Source of the DNA: Fimbriosthenelais zetlandica
Taxonomy: Eukaryota
Assembly: GCA_977030845.1 (NCBI GenBank)
Contig: OZ365114.1
Location: 16,926,001-16,990,000, forward strand
Reading direction: 5' to 3'
DNA length: 64,000 nucleotides
The translations under genes were made by a program, and so were the position numbers. Each line of letters opens with the position of its first letter. The first letter of the stretch is position 1. Positions 12,401 to 27,400 of this stretch are shown piece by piece. The notes under the pieces are model-generated. The model ran no database searches and was not told the DNA's origin. It saw only the letters and a program-made list of their open reading frames with translations.

Positions 12401-15400
12401 AAGACCTAAGCTGATACTATCACCACACAGACAAAAGCATAGAAAACAACCAGAGAACAATCCAACTTTTGTCACTCTCCCCTCAATTCAGCAGCTGGCC
12501 ATATTGTTCTACAACTCAACCATACATGGCCTTTTTGAGATTAGAATAAACAAGACAACAGGGAAGATAAATCTAAGCTTGTGACAGAAGTATTGTTCTC
12601 GCTTCAACCCAACTGTCTTTCCCATTACTGTCTCGCATATGTCTCGAGGCAAATCCAGACCCTCCGTCTTGAACGTGTGGTAGTTTAAGGAGTTGACATT
12701 TTTCTTTAGGGAGGGGAGAGCAAAAGTTCAATCCTCTAGGTCAGTAACGTGTCGGTATGACATCAGTTCAGTACATTAAAAGCCTATATTTTACTGCTTT
12801 GGAATGTAATTTATTCATCCACTGACACATCGATTATATCAAACATGTGTGACAACCGCAGGGAATTCACTCTGGTGTCCTGTTCCATTACATTGCATAT
12901 ATAAAAATGCTTCGGAAGAAGCTATGCTTCACCCAAACCAAGCTGAATAATTATATAAAAGGAGGCTTTGGAAGCAGCTATACTTCCCCCAAATCAGTTG
13001 TGAACCTGTTTGCTGCTACCCAAAAACACAATGTAGGATACAGACCAAAAAGCTTGAGGAGATCAACCCATGCAGGTGATGAGAAGATCACTGACCTCAC
13101 ACAAGATGGTGCTGACATTCCCGCTAGGTGTGCAAACAGTGAATGAGTGGCAAGGCCTGGCTGGTGATGCCTGACCCCCTGACCCCACTGTGGACATGTT
13201 TCCATGGTATACACGAAGTAAAGCCTGATCCTTTCCTTCTTACAAGCATCTCCAGCAATCTGATACCATCATCTGCTAACCAGGAGGCATGATCAGGGCA
13301 ATATTTAGACGAGTATGTTCTGGTAGCAGATACTGCAGGATTCTACATATTCACTGCTCTCCATGAACATTAATTTTTCTGGTGAAAACGTTCCCTAACA
13401 TCATTGAAAACACGGGCCTACTTCTGTTAGACTCTATAACACAAACCAGAGCACCGTGAGAAATTCTTGGTTAGTGATCATACATGAGTCCCGAGCAGAG
13501 GTTCTTAGCTTGCCAGCAAATCTTCCAGAACCCTGACTTCAGACAAGCAAGCCATCAAAGTTCAGACCTAAAAGATAACTCTCGAGACTGGGCCATACAT
13601 ATGCAGTGGATTATTCCTATCAGTCCATGACTGGATAGGAAAACCATCTTTTTAAAAATCAATCTTTCATTGGTTTGAATGTTGTAAACTTATTAGTTCA
13701 ACTGCTGGCTCATCAAAAACAAAATCGACTTGTGATCCTGTAACCGCAGTGTAAAATGAATAAAGATGCAGACTGCCTTACTTAGGAAGATGAGGGATGA
13801 GAAGGGGGCATGAAGGCGCCAAAAGTCCACACTCATCTACATCTCCTCAAAGCCATGACCTGACATTTTTGTTTCATTTGAGGTCACCTGGGGCCAGTAG
13901 TGTCTCCTTTGATGCTTGGATGACTGATGAAGGCCTTGTCCACTCAGCAGAGGCATAAGTGGTATGCCAGTCGGGAATACACTGATCGTATATCTGGACT
14001 TGACCAGAAACCTCAGAGGGAAAACTACGTGGTTTGTTAGTGTTGCCACGTAATAAAACAAGGCTCTGTTGAAAGATGCAATGGTATTAAGGCTGTAAAT
14101 TTATAGTATTTACTGACATGGGTCCTTTAAATCACAAGAACCTTTGGAGCGGGACAGATTTTGGGTTGACTCTGAGCAATTGTATACATGTTCCCTTATG
14201 GAAGGCTGGAAAAGTTCACGAGAGGGTTAAAAATGAATCCAGAAAGTTTGTAAATCTCTAAATATCACAATTGTGATCGATTAGTTTTTTTTTATAAAGC
14301 CACTGTACACTATGTTGATCTTTGCATATTCCGTAACATAATATGGAATTTGCCTCGAGTGAACCTCAGAGGGAAAACTGTTTGGTTAGCCTATGTTGTC
14401 ACCTAATAAAACTGGGCTCCATTGACAGATTCAGTGCGTTTAAACCTGTTAAATTATTATATGTATGGCTGGAAGGGCTATCAAATTGCGACCATTCGTG
14501 GTCCCTGGCCCGGGGAAACTTGGCTAGATGTGGGAATGGCGAGCCCAGCAAGCCAAAGTTAAAAGTAAAAGGGTGGCTTTTTCAGTGGAACATGTCCTGA
14601 CCAGATTTCAAGCTGTGCCCTCTCTTGCCCTGTCTGTCAACTAGAACAAGGCTTTGTCGTGACCCGATCAGCCTTAATCTGCCCCAAGGTCAGTGTGATA
14701 ACGCTCCTGTGTCCCCAGTGGCCTTATCATAAAACTATCACATAGTAAGACAGGCCCTGAAAGATTGAGTTTCGGACTTTCGTTTTGTTTGGAACCGAGT
14801 GCATTGTTAAGAAAGCCTTTGTTTTATTGCACATTTTTATGACCAACTTGGTTTTCAACAACTTCTATATTTTAGCTCCCAAGGGTTATATTATTTGTCA
14901 ACTGGTTCTAGAAAAAACATTTTTCACAATGAATAGTCTGTTTGTGAGGATCTGTTTGTGGCCTGATGTACATCTATTCCTAATAGAAGGATCACAACAC
15001 CTCAGAAGAAGCGCTTAAAATGCAAGACATTTTGCATGTTCTGCCACATAATTCTGAGAGTTGAACTGCAAGAGGGGAAGAAAGACTGGGGCCCACCTAG
15101 AGGGAAGCATTCCACAGACATGCCCAGGGTATTTGCCTTGATCCCTGGCAGGGAGAGCGGACTATGTGGCGTATTAGGTTATGTTCTGGATCCTGGGTGG
15201 CATCCCCATTGTGCGAAACACCCAGGAGAAAAAAGAACAACACCTTGGTTTTTTAAAACAGCAGAAATACCTGCCCTTACACCCATGGTGTCAATTGTTG
15301 CCATCGACAAATCGCTTGCGCTAAAGTTTACTGATTTAATGCGATAAAATATTGGTAAGTGTTGGTACTAGAACGGTACGGGGCTTCCCAGATGTGTTGT

Positions 15401-18400
15401 AGATTAATAGTTTATGCAGTTAGAGCATTCAGGTTTGGTCAGAGCAAGCCATGTATATAGGGGCATCCAAGGTGAGGTCTGACCTTGGCGTAGGTCTATA
15501 GGCTCCCCACCCCCCTTCCACATGTTCAAAGGGTGTGGCAAGCTGGAGACTTCAACAGTCGGATGCGAAACTCACCTCACGCATAATACATCATCCGGTA
15601 TACGAAAATACGGAGGAGCAGCCAACTCCACCTGGGACCTATTATGACATGGTAGGGTTTACACGTTCCATCCAAGACTGCATGTTGAAGGACTTTGTAA
15701 AGAATACATGCACCAGCTGAAAATAGCTACATTATCATTCCACAGTCTGGACCCTAATATCCCAACGTTCACTGACCTAGATCTGAAATTTCGGCATCAG
15801 ACATTTTCGAGTTTGAAAGTTTCTTTTAACGTAAAACAGTAAAAGGTAAAACAAAGATTGCAATGACCCTGTGTGTATAACGTGTTATTAAATAAAAATG
15901 TCAATAAACTTCTTCAGCATTTCTACTTTTTCGCTATATTTTTTTCCTTTTTCTTGTGGGAAGGGGTATTTTCAACAACAGAAAAGCCAAGTGCTTTGAT
16001 GTAATCAGATACACAGCTTATCGGTAGCTGTATTTTTCCTCTCTTACTACATGGTTGGATTGATTTAAATGACTGTGAAGTTGTTCCACGATATCATCAG
16101 AGATAGACCTATTGTGTTGTTCCTCCCCCTCTATCCTAGGGCAATCCAAAGCATGTGTCGAGACAATGAAGTACTTTAAGTGCTCCATTTGTGTTTTTTT
16201 AAATCTTTATTGATTTCCAGGGAAACACAGGGAGATAAAGCGCGGGATAAGATTGTACCTACCACGCAAGTATTTAAAATACGAAATGTAGGAGATGGAT
16301 CAAAATAGGTTTAAGTGGGAAATGCTGTAAAGGATGTTGAACTATATACTTTAACATATGCATAATAACCAAACTTCAAAGGACGATTGAAGCCATTTCA
16401 TCAATAATTTGCCTCAAATAGATATTATTGGTCGAGTTTGAGTGTTTTGTATTTGTCCGTACCTGTCTCGGGCTGAAGTGTGGGTATTAATGCTGCTGTT
16501 AACCTGATTAAATAACCTATTCTGAGGCAGCAGAACACCTCATGTGCTCCATCAATAATCATGCCATTAACCATTGAGCTGATTCTATTTCCAAACTATC
16601 TTTCTATTCAGACATTTCAAGTCAGTTGATCTTATTCTTCTTTTTCACTGAAGTGAGAAGGAATACAGGGCTCCATAAAAGCTAGCACAAAAAGCAATTA
16701 TAATGTTCAAATTTATGTTAGAGAGAAAAAGGATAAGGATTTTTGTATTTAGTCAGTTCGGTTATTTGGATGCATTACAGCACATAACAGGCATTACGGG
16801 CTGATTTCTCTAACATCGTTCACGGGGTCCTGCCCAGCGGACATGACTCACATTCTATATTTAAAAGTCTGACCACAAACCATCACAACCCACCATGTCT
16901 GGCCCAATCTTGCCCAGACGCTGAAACGACAAGGTAAATGGTCCATGCTCCTCACTCGATAGTTGGTTTGGAGCACGAAGCTAGCTTGAAGTCATACACT
17001 ATAATATGAGCTCCAGTATATAACATGGAATGTTCCAGGGGGTTCTAGATATAACATTTCTGCATTGCCAAAGTGTCTGCCAAATTTAGCCTAGACAGCT
17101 CTATAGCCAAAAACAACACTAAGCCCATATATACATTATATTTCTATACCTTGAGACTCCTTGTAGCCATATATATCTGCTCACTCTATCATTCATCTCG
17201 ATCTGTAGCTCTTAAGTCACAATAAAATTTGTTCTGTACCTATGATGCTGAGACATTTGACACTACCCTAACTATCAATGGATATTATAGACTATTTTAT
17301 ATCGTTACTATCTTTCAGAATGTCAAAGTCTGGGACAAGGTCTTGGACAACCCTGACATGTGTCAGGCCTGCATGGGAAGTCATCGCCTCATCAGCTTTA
17401 AATGAGGCAGAATAGTTCCGTTTCATCTCGGAGACAGATCGAGTGAAATGAGCAGTAGAAATTATAAGTGTTGCATAAGCTGCACGTGCTCGGGTGATAT
17501 TAAGCATGGAGACGGAGCATGATATGTCATGGCAAAATGATAAAAGCCTCCACCTGTTTATGGTTTAAACAGGCTGACTCTGACCAACCTTGAGCTGGGG
17601 TCATGGCTACCTGGGGTTAGGGTTAAACCACAGGGGTAATGGTACAGAGTGAAGGCAAGTACTATGGAAGGGGGGTGCACTGGATAACCCTTTGGATGAG
17701 AGAGCAGCAGTAATCTCTCGATATTGTTCTACTTCTCCAAGTTGTATATATACCGAAAGTGATCTGGAACACGCACTAAACATAAGTAGATAAGCCCTAT
17801 ACTTAAATTGAGCCATGGTTTAGGAACCATTCCCAAGGAGATGGTATGAGCCAAAGAAGATGGGGTTAAATTGAAAATTAAAGGTTTTAAAGCATTAAAG
17901 CATGGACACGGACCAAAGGATTAAGATGGAAGTACATAAGTCTCAGGCAATATTATTACTAATGTGTATAGAGGTGAAGGGGGTTAAGGTAAAGCTGTGT
18001 CAAGAGATGGGGACTGAGTGATTGCTCATGTGCCGGACCACTCACAGAGAAGGCAAGAAGCTCCCAGTAAAGGTATATATACCGCCCTTCTTTAATCACG
18101 GCAGTCTGGAAAATTGGAACTCAATGTTGTATACTAAACTTTCCCTCAAATAGGGATCATTCTAAACAATTTTTCCAACAATTTTGCACCCCAAAAGAAG
18201 TTTATTCTTAAATTGGTCCATCCTACAGTCATTTAATCCTTACTTGCTGAGCATCAGAAGCCACAACTGGGACAGTGTTTGAAAGATCCTCGTCCAACAC
18301 ACCTCCTACAGGTCTGGTTTCTGTCAAATCCTCCCTGATTCTTGCAGTAAAAATCTTACTACATAAAACAGAGGCCCACAAGAAGTTGTGTGAATCTTAA

Positions 18401-21400
18401 ACTTGAGCACGGTCAGTATTCAAGTTCAACAGTCTACCTCTGCACGGTTTCGGGTACTAAGGAAAAGGAAAGCGTCTGAGACTCATTTTGAGTTCTAAAC
18501 CTAGTAATCGGACACATTTCCTGTGCTGTTATTACCTACAATATGTCACAGCCATTTCCTGCCAATTATTTCTGATCTACTCTTCGTGCGAGTTATGTTT
18601 TCCAGATGGTTATCTATGGTAGAAGGTTCAAGGATCAAGATCCCTTTTATAAAATACATACAATATGAACTGATCCCCAAGTCCATATATATTTTGCACT
18701 AACAAGGTCTGACAATATGATTTAGTCATATGGCCTATACTTCCGTTTTTCTCTATGCGACCGTTTTTCTCTGAAAATCTAATTTACTCAGTGAAAAACA
18801 TGCATGTTTTAAAAAAAATTGAAATTGAAAGTACTGAATGACAGTCAGATTGAAGAGAGGGTTCTTTCCCCTGAATCGACCAAGATCGCCATACATAATC
18901 TTACAGTTAAAGAGGATTTTAAGTGACTTCTCAATTCAATATGCAGTAAAACCTTGCGTTTTCATATTATCGTTTCTCTCCCTCCAAATGTGACTTTAAG
19001 TCATGATAATCAGCGAGCTCATTAACTCGCGTCAGACAATCATCTGGCCAAATGCAACGGTCTAGTCGGCCTTTTGATCATCATGATAGCTCATAGTCCC
19101 ACAGCAGGTACTAATCTCGGAGTTCAAGGCACAAGGTGACTGAGAAGGCAATGTGCAAGGTTGCGGCTCTGAGGTTTCCTGAACTCTCCCTTACCCCAAG
19201 GTATCGGCCAATTATCAGCAGAAAATTCTCTAGATCAGTTCAGAGGCAATCCAGAGCAGTTCTTGGCAGATGACTACTGTCCAGATCCAGTCCCTCACCT
19301 CCCATTTTTCAACTCCTCGGCCCCCTACACACCAACCATCCATAAGCAGAGGCCCAGTAGACCTGTATCACCACATGGTTCCACAGCAGATGACCAGGTG
19401 TTTAGTCATGTCACCATCTGGTGGCCAGGAAAGGTTAGTACCCCCTGTAGATATTCATGTCCTCTTCACCCCATTCCCAAGCAATACTGACAATTTAAAA
19501 CTTTGGGACTGATAAATGTTTTAAAACTTTACTGTTATGAAAAGGTCAAATCGAGTGAGATTTAATGCTTGAGTATGTAGACCACAAGTCAGATGGAAGG
19601 GGGAGTGGCGCATGGAAGTAGCCAGGCATAAGATACAGTCTGACACTAAACAGCATCCACCACTCTATCCGAAATGGTCATTTTCGCCCCTTTATCTTCC
19701 GTCATTTTCCTGGCCTGGTCAAGTCTTATCTAAAGAGGTCTCGAGGACCACCAACGGTGGTAGAGGTCATGTTGTAAATATAATTCTAAATACTAACAAT
19801 ATAGGTCTCATCAAATCATTTGATTTTTGATTTTCACATAGTTCTTCACACAGGAAAAACCTGTAGTTTAAATCAAAATTACTAGGTTACACCTGTGCCT
19901 GATTTTGAATGCAGCTGGTGTAAAGTTGCATGATCAAAAGAGGTAATGATTTGATCCATGTATACTGGGTGTCAATGAATGGTATACAGGGTGCGACATG
20001 ATCCTGGTTGTATAGGGTTTTCAGTGTAAGCTAGCCTTTCATCCTTCTTCCCCCAGGCTATACACTCTCTGAGCCCCTGTGAACCAGAATGCACCATATC
20101 AGTGACAAAGATAACCTTGTACTCAGTGCTGACAAGGAGGACAGGCAGTCACAGGCATCCAGCAAGGCCTCCCTGAAGGCCAGGTTAATAGATAGACTTT
20201 TAGATAAGAGGATCGCTTACTCCTTCTACAAAGTTTTTACTAACACTGAAACTACTCATTTTAAAACCAAAAATCGGTTGTTTCGTAAATTCTCAGGCAC
20301 CTAATTGCGAAATACTCGGCAGATAAGTAAGAAATAACTGGTTATGGGTTATATTTACAATGATATCACCTGTGTCTGCCATTGAGAGTTCAGACATGAC
20401 AGGTCATCGTGCCAGTCACATCTTGCTCCATCGTTTTGTAATACCATCTAAACTCTGATCATCATTCAAGGAGCTGGGGCGATCTTCTCTCCGCTCAAGA
20501 CAACGATCAGCCCTCTCGAGAGGACTGACCGAATTTTCAGTCATGACAGGAAGGTCAAATACAAATTTAACATTCATGTAGTGTATGCTTATGGTATTAG
20601 CGTAATATAGAAAAAGTGTTGTCACATAATGGGTGACGGTTCATTTAAGAGGAATAAGTTGAAGGCTGTTCTAAATGTGATGATGATACCTTACTTAGGT
20701 TACTAGCAATCAATTCAAGTACTAATCATGTTTGAAAACGCAATTAACCAGCAGCACTTTTCAAAAGCCCTATACTAGATAACACAGCTGAAACACAAAA
20801 TATTTAGATTCAGACTCAAGTCTGCTCTTAGCCATTACCAAGATAATTTCATGTGCATTTGGTGCCGACCCTGACACAGCAGGCCTGAAGTGTTTGCACT
20901 TTAAAGTAGGATTGCTAGACTCCAACATCCAACGCCTACACCATTTGCACCAGGATTGTATTTCCCAACAAGAAAAATACTGTTTCTAAATGGTACTTTT
21001 TCAGAGAGCCATAAAACTAAGGCATGTATATTTTGCAACCCATCCACAGTACGATAAGATTACTTGAAGGTTTTTATACATGGCCCGTACTCTCTGTGAC
21101 ATGGATGCCTCACAGGGTATCACGAGGGGAACCCTGTCCAAGACACTAAAAATTGGTATGAATGTCAAAACAATTGTTCGGCATTTGAGTAACCTAATAT
21201 TAGTCAAAGTTACTGTACCCATATTGATTTTCATGCGGCAGATATTTCCACAGTGTTTGGGGTTGACAACTAGAGAGTTCTGGGATGGACATATTCTAAC
21301 AAGTACAGTATCAATGGTACAACGTATGCGGCAGCTTTCTTGTTTTTTTTGGAGGTGAACTGTAATGCGATAAGGAAGGCAATGTGTTGCTAATAGGTTC

Positions 21401-24400
21401 AGTAAATGTACATGTGCAGCAGATTAACGTGAAGATCTACTGGGTATCCAGATCCTCACGTAAGTCACGCTAAGATTGTGACCAGGAGCCTCCATCATTA
21501 GTCTGAGCCTGCCATCTGGTCTGACATGGATTCATCTATAAGCAGTCCAGGCCCCCACCATCTCTCCCTTCACCACCATATGGAAACAGGCTGGGCTCGC
21601 AGAGCTATAGGCCGGGCAACCTAACCCTGGGGCAATTCTCCTTAATTCTCTTACTTAAAAGTATTGCCTTGTTACCGCTAGACGCCTCTACATGTTGCAA
21701 AACCTAGCAAAACCTCACAACCTGCATAAATATTTGTCTCTATGTCACAAATTTCAGACATTTTTCTCTGAATTTGGGATAATGAGCAGCTGTATAGTGG
21801 GTAATCTGTTCGGGAACTGAAAGCTATAGATTTCAAGCATCTATTGACATTCCTACGCCATGAATAAAAAAACTAGAAACGTTTCTGACTAATTGTACAA
21901 GATGTCTAATGTATATCCCAGCTAACAGAAACGGTATCCAGAAGGCATATGACGCGAATGCTATGTATTTATCTGCAATATCATAACTTCTCGCTTCCAG
22001 AAGACACCTTGGAAGTCCTACACGCCACAAATGCTGAAGCTGATACGATCATTCATACATTGCCGTTGTGGTTTAAGCCAAAGCCACTGAAACCACAACT
22101 TTTTTATGACAAATATAGGAAGTGGAAGTTACGATTCTAGGAGTGATCTACAGTTGTGCCTCAGATCAACAAGAACTGTATTTTCACAACTGCCAGCCAT
22201 CATACAGAGCGCCAAGTTGGCCAAGACATTCCTAGATCTCAATGGTTTCCTACACTCCACCCAAAGGTGAACTAACAAATGTGCATTTTGACGTATAGCC
22301 TGCTGTTATGAACCTAAATACACCTGCAATTGATTGTGAATAGTCTGCAAGATGGCAGGCTATTTATATATAACCAACTAGGTTCCAGCATAATATAGTA
22401 ATATTTGTTTAAATATTCCACTTTCTAAAGCATATGGATAATACAATTGCAAAATACATCTAAGTTTGGCAAAGCCAGCAAATGTATCCATAAATATAAT
22501 AATACTGGAGAAGGGCGTACATATCACAATTTTGTTGCAATTTTGCGAAATGAGAGAAATAAAGAGAAGCAGAGAAGGTTCTATTTTTGTCACAGAATAT
22601 ATATATGTTTGTATCAGGTGTAGAGACCTTGATTGGAAAGCGATCAGATCTATCCCAGGTGACAGAGACATAAATAGACAAGGGCACTTTTTACGCAGGC
22701 TGCACTGAATTAACCGTTACAGTGAGCAGGAAAAAAGTGAAGAGCCAGGCGATGTCGGCACCCCTACGATGGCAGAGGCAACTATAAACCCACGAGCTGC
22801 ATTTTCACGCCCTCCTGGCCAAGGCTGATAAAAATTCCTCCAACACCCAGCCTGGAATTTGTTTCATTGTGAAATGGGATCTAAGCCCTGGTGTCAAAGA
22901 AATATCTCTGGCTTTTCCATGTCGAACGAAAGGTTAAGTGATGTGTAGAAATTGAAATACATGCAGTCATCCAGCATTTACACTCATGTTGTCTGCACGG
23001 CCTTTTATTTAGACATGCAGAATGGGTATGAAAACAATATTAATGTAGTCAAATTACAAGAGGATCTGTTTGGGATATACCAGGTCTGACTTGAGATCAT
23101 TCGGTCGTCAGGGGTGTTGAACGGTAACGGTTTGAAGCTCAAGAGGCTGATACAAGCCAGGTGGCCTGAAAAGCTGGTTCACATTTCTAATAAGAACAAT
23201 GCTGTTCCCATTTTTTATTTGGAGTATAAAACAAGTGAGTGTCTGGCTGGAGTCATAAAGATGAAACCTTCAGTGTTCAGTACAAGGCACCAGGGACCAT
23301 ATAAGTGGTTTTGCAAGGATCTGGAGAAGACTATTCAATTATGGCCAGAGGAAATGAACATCAAAATTCAATTCCAAGTTCTTTTGAAAAGACCCCAAAC
23401 CCCCCTCCTAAAAAAGGAAGGGAAAGGGAGCTATTTCCTTTCATCATTAATGCTTGAGATGATATATGATTGACAAGAGGCTATTATCGTATCTAGTTAT
23501 GCTCTGCTTCACTCGGGATCTTCTCATTACACATGTTCATCCCTTGTAGCAGGTCTATCTTTCTGTCTCTTTACTAATGTCTATAAATCAGTTAGGGTGA
23601 GCCCATGTGCTTCAGCTAAATTACAGCTCTACAGCTCTTTACTATAGTGGGCTCTCTACACTCTGTGTCACCTTATCCGAAGAGTATGACTTCAACATCA
23701 GAGGCCCAGCATGGATAGTATGGGAAGAGCCAATATTGAGCCTACTCCAGGTTGTCGCAGAGTATCTCGGTTCTCGGTTAAGTGGCTGCCCCTTTACACC
23801 GCCGAAGACAAATGGTTTGGAAGATTATCTTTAGTAATGGTACTTGTCACACGATCTAAAGAATGGGGACAAGCTTAAAAACTGTGATGAGTTTTTCTCT
23901 TCTTGTGTGCAAAATGATTCTAGGCAAATCTGTTGCAGAGAGACATAAATCAGTTTTCAGTCCATCAGGCTGAACCAAATGGAATCGCTGGTCTTTTCCG
24001 ATTGCTACCAATGGCTGGCCAATTTAGCGACAACTTCAGTTTGTATGAATTCACGACACATTGCTGAACAGTAGTCTATTTTGCCTAAAATAAAGCCTAA
24101 GCCCCCGGCAAAAATCCGGAGAGCTGGCAGGCCTGCCTTGGTCCTTCTGTTGGTAGCCACCCTTAATTTTCATTTACAGAAAAGACGAGGGGTACGACCT
24201 GTGTCATTCATTTGGGAGCCACAACTTTGTGCCACACTTTGTGCCATTTTTGTCAAGAAGAGAGCACCATGATATACTAAGCATGTACGGGAAGCCTTTG
24301 ATTTGCTATTTGGAAACAAACATGGGGTAAGAGTTCATCCTGGAATGAGGTGGATTTATAGAAGGGGAATAGGAGAAGTAAAAATATGTGATGAATTACA

Positions 24401-27400
24401 AAAACTGTATACTTATGTCATGATTATCTTTGGGACTTAACAAGGTATGGTGATATCAGGTACGGCTGACACACTATTAGAAATCCCTGAATATACGATT
24501 ATTTCGCTCTATTCATCACATTCTCCTGTAATGCGGGTATGTGTCTCCTCTTAAATCTCTTGCTACACAGGAAGAAACTAGCTATAGGGTTATGGGTTGA
24601 GTCTGTGTTCAGCTCACAGATAATAGCTTAGTCCTGTGTAATACAATCGTTAGAGCGATCAAAGCTGGGTTTAGATTAGATAAAGGTTGTCTGTTCCCCT
24701 CTTTTTAACCCTTCACTGAATATGTGGCAGATAGTTCTTGGCTACAATGATTATGTCATGAGCAGACTAAATCTGAATAAGCTCCAGGAAAAATTCTCAA
24801 CCAGCAGACATATAAGCCCAACAGGAGTATATTCTTTTATTCTTTTTTATCTTATGGACTTCGAAATTGCAGGTTAAATTCTCGAGAAAAAATAGTAAGG
24901 ACCAGGTGCCGATTTGGCCAGGATCCCACTGGTGGTCGCGGGGCATCTGTTCCCCTGATAAAATCAGTCCCAGACGCTTCCAGTTAGAATCCCTGCCAAT
25001 AGGTGGCGAGTTGTGGGGTAGGTCTTACCAGAGAGACTACAGTCTACTATAGTCTCTCTGGTCTTACTTGAGGACCCCTGCTGGATGGGCACAAGACCTG
25101 CCCCAACCCACATACCATTTTCTCCCAAGATTCCTATGCATTTCTCCCAGATTTGAAAGAAAGATTATTAGAAATTTTCCAATTAATAATTTCAGCTTCT
25201 TGACAAAAATGAGGATGAAGATTGAATCAAAAGCACTGCATGGTTCTTAAAACAGTGCGAAGTACAGTTGTCATTCAGGTCCATGCATCCATTTATTGTA
25301 CAAACAAGACAGTGATGAATAAAAGGTGCTTTTTATGGGACCGGGGCCAAATTCCTACGTCAAAAGTGGAATAGATCATGGAGGAGTTCTTGGATTTCCT
25401 CCATGTTTACAAGCCCTATGACAAGCTGTTTAAATGGGATAAGAACCTCTGCCTGCACCTCGCCAGTTCCCTTCACCAGCAGTGACACATTGATTGCTTG
25501 CCAGCTGAGGTGGGAATTAGATTTCTGGGTTACACACATTTTCCAGTCTAACCTTTTCTTACAAATCCACCACTGGGTTCTTCAGTGGTGAAAGGTCAGC
25601 CTATGTTGGCATCGTGTACCATTTTAAGGCCAGATGTCAGTTTGGTCAATGTTGTTTATAACATAATTAAAGCAGCAACGACTTTCAGATCTTCCAGAAC
25701 ATGAGCTACTACTAGTGGATTACATATATATAGTGGGTTAGGGCTTGAAATCAGCGCCCATTGGAGTGAGATCCACTTCCACCATGCTGGAATTGAATCT
25801 CTTCTGGAGACAGTAAATTTTGTAACTGTTGCTGACGTATGTCCAAATTTTGAGAGAATGAAAAATAGCATTTCATGAGAACCATTATCCATCACTTATG
25901 CATACCCCGTCCATGCATGCAATGACTTCATAACAGTCTACTTCAAAACTCAACAATGAACATAAGGCAACTGATCCAGCAAAGAGCCAACCCTTCCCCC
26001 AGGGTCCTTGATCTAGTCTCCCCTGTGCAGTGTCATTGACAATGGGCCATTGAAGAGCTGTGCTCACATATGGTCTGGGATGGATCCCAGATCTAAAACC
26101 TCTCCCAACGACCCCCAATCCTCGTCTTCCTCCCCCACCCTCCATTCATCAGCCTTGCCATTGTGGAAGCATAGCCTTGTAATATAGGCTAGTTTTTGTT
26201 GAACTCATAGCCTCTCGTGCTATTCCTGCTATTTTCTCCTTCCAACAATGAACAAGGCCCTGGGTCAAGCGTGGAAAATCCATATGTTGATGGAAATTCA
26301 CAAAGCATTACTTAAGAGAAAAATGAATATCAATTGTAAGAAAAAAAAATTGTAAGTCAAAAATAATGCAGGTGTATGGTTGTTTCAAATCAAGTTAAAT
26401 TTCTGTTTCTAACATTGAAAATCATATGAGAATAGCAAAGACAGTTTATAATAGATTCTATTATAACATTGGGTCCCAGAAGACAAAATGAGCCAGAACC
26501 ACATTTCAGACATCCGCTAGTACATAGTATCTGCTTAGTGCGGGGATTTTCACGTGTTGTGGAGAGTTTCAGCCTCTCAGTCCATTCCAAAACAACCCGC
26601 TACTCAACACTAACACAAGAGTGAGAACATGGGTTCAGCCCAAAACAGATCCCTGGCAAAGACCCATCGACCCTGACTCTAGACAAACGAGGCTATGTTC
26701 ATTTTGATTTCAGGTCAACCCCAAGGTCAATGCCCCCTAGTCTGGCCTGGACTAGACTTCAGAATACAGCCTCCCCCATTGATAAACACAACAATTGCTT
26801 TTAGAGAATCAACTTAGATTATTCAACGATAGAGTAGGCCTAATGATCTGGGAAATCCATGTCGAAACCTGAACAAAGACAGGCAATTTAGAACCCCCCA
26901 AAAAGAGTTCTCAACGACCAACTTCTGATTTGCCAATTCTCTTTATACATAACCTATTCATCTTGTCTGACAGAAACATGTTCCACTACAAGCCTTACAT
27001 ACCCAGTAAAGTAGTATGGGATAAGGTTTGGCATCTGCACTACTTATCAATCAAGGCACTGCCTGTGTTTATACAGTGTTTGATCAACATAATCAATCAA
27101 ATTATCACTCTCCGACCTCTGGCACAGCGGCGACCCAAAGTCCCTCTCAGATACACAGCTAACCAAAGAGGTCAGGGGGCTGTCCAATAGTCACGATCCA
27201 GAAGCATGTCTGTTTAGACATGGAAGTCATGGAAACAGGGCTGGTTACTACACTGGTGTCAAGGCGACCCATCTCTAAGGCAACCGCCTATTTCCACCAG
27301 ACTTTCCACCCCACAACGCCCCCTTCCTATACAACCCACTGAGAGGTAGAGAGGTGAGGATCTCCTTACAATCACCTCCACTTCCCCTAAATCCTCCACA

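Noticed and set aside
21000-22200. Cys-containing broken frames ([17 protein letters not shown]) suggesting a nested pseudogene or transposon
   Set aside because: Frequent stops and no recognisable domain; needs tBLASTx.
23114-23473. 119-aa intronic ORF as a nested gene
   Set aside because: Non-ATG start, no recognisable motif, and a length expected by chance; the same applies to 38995-39276 and 39295-39669.
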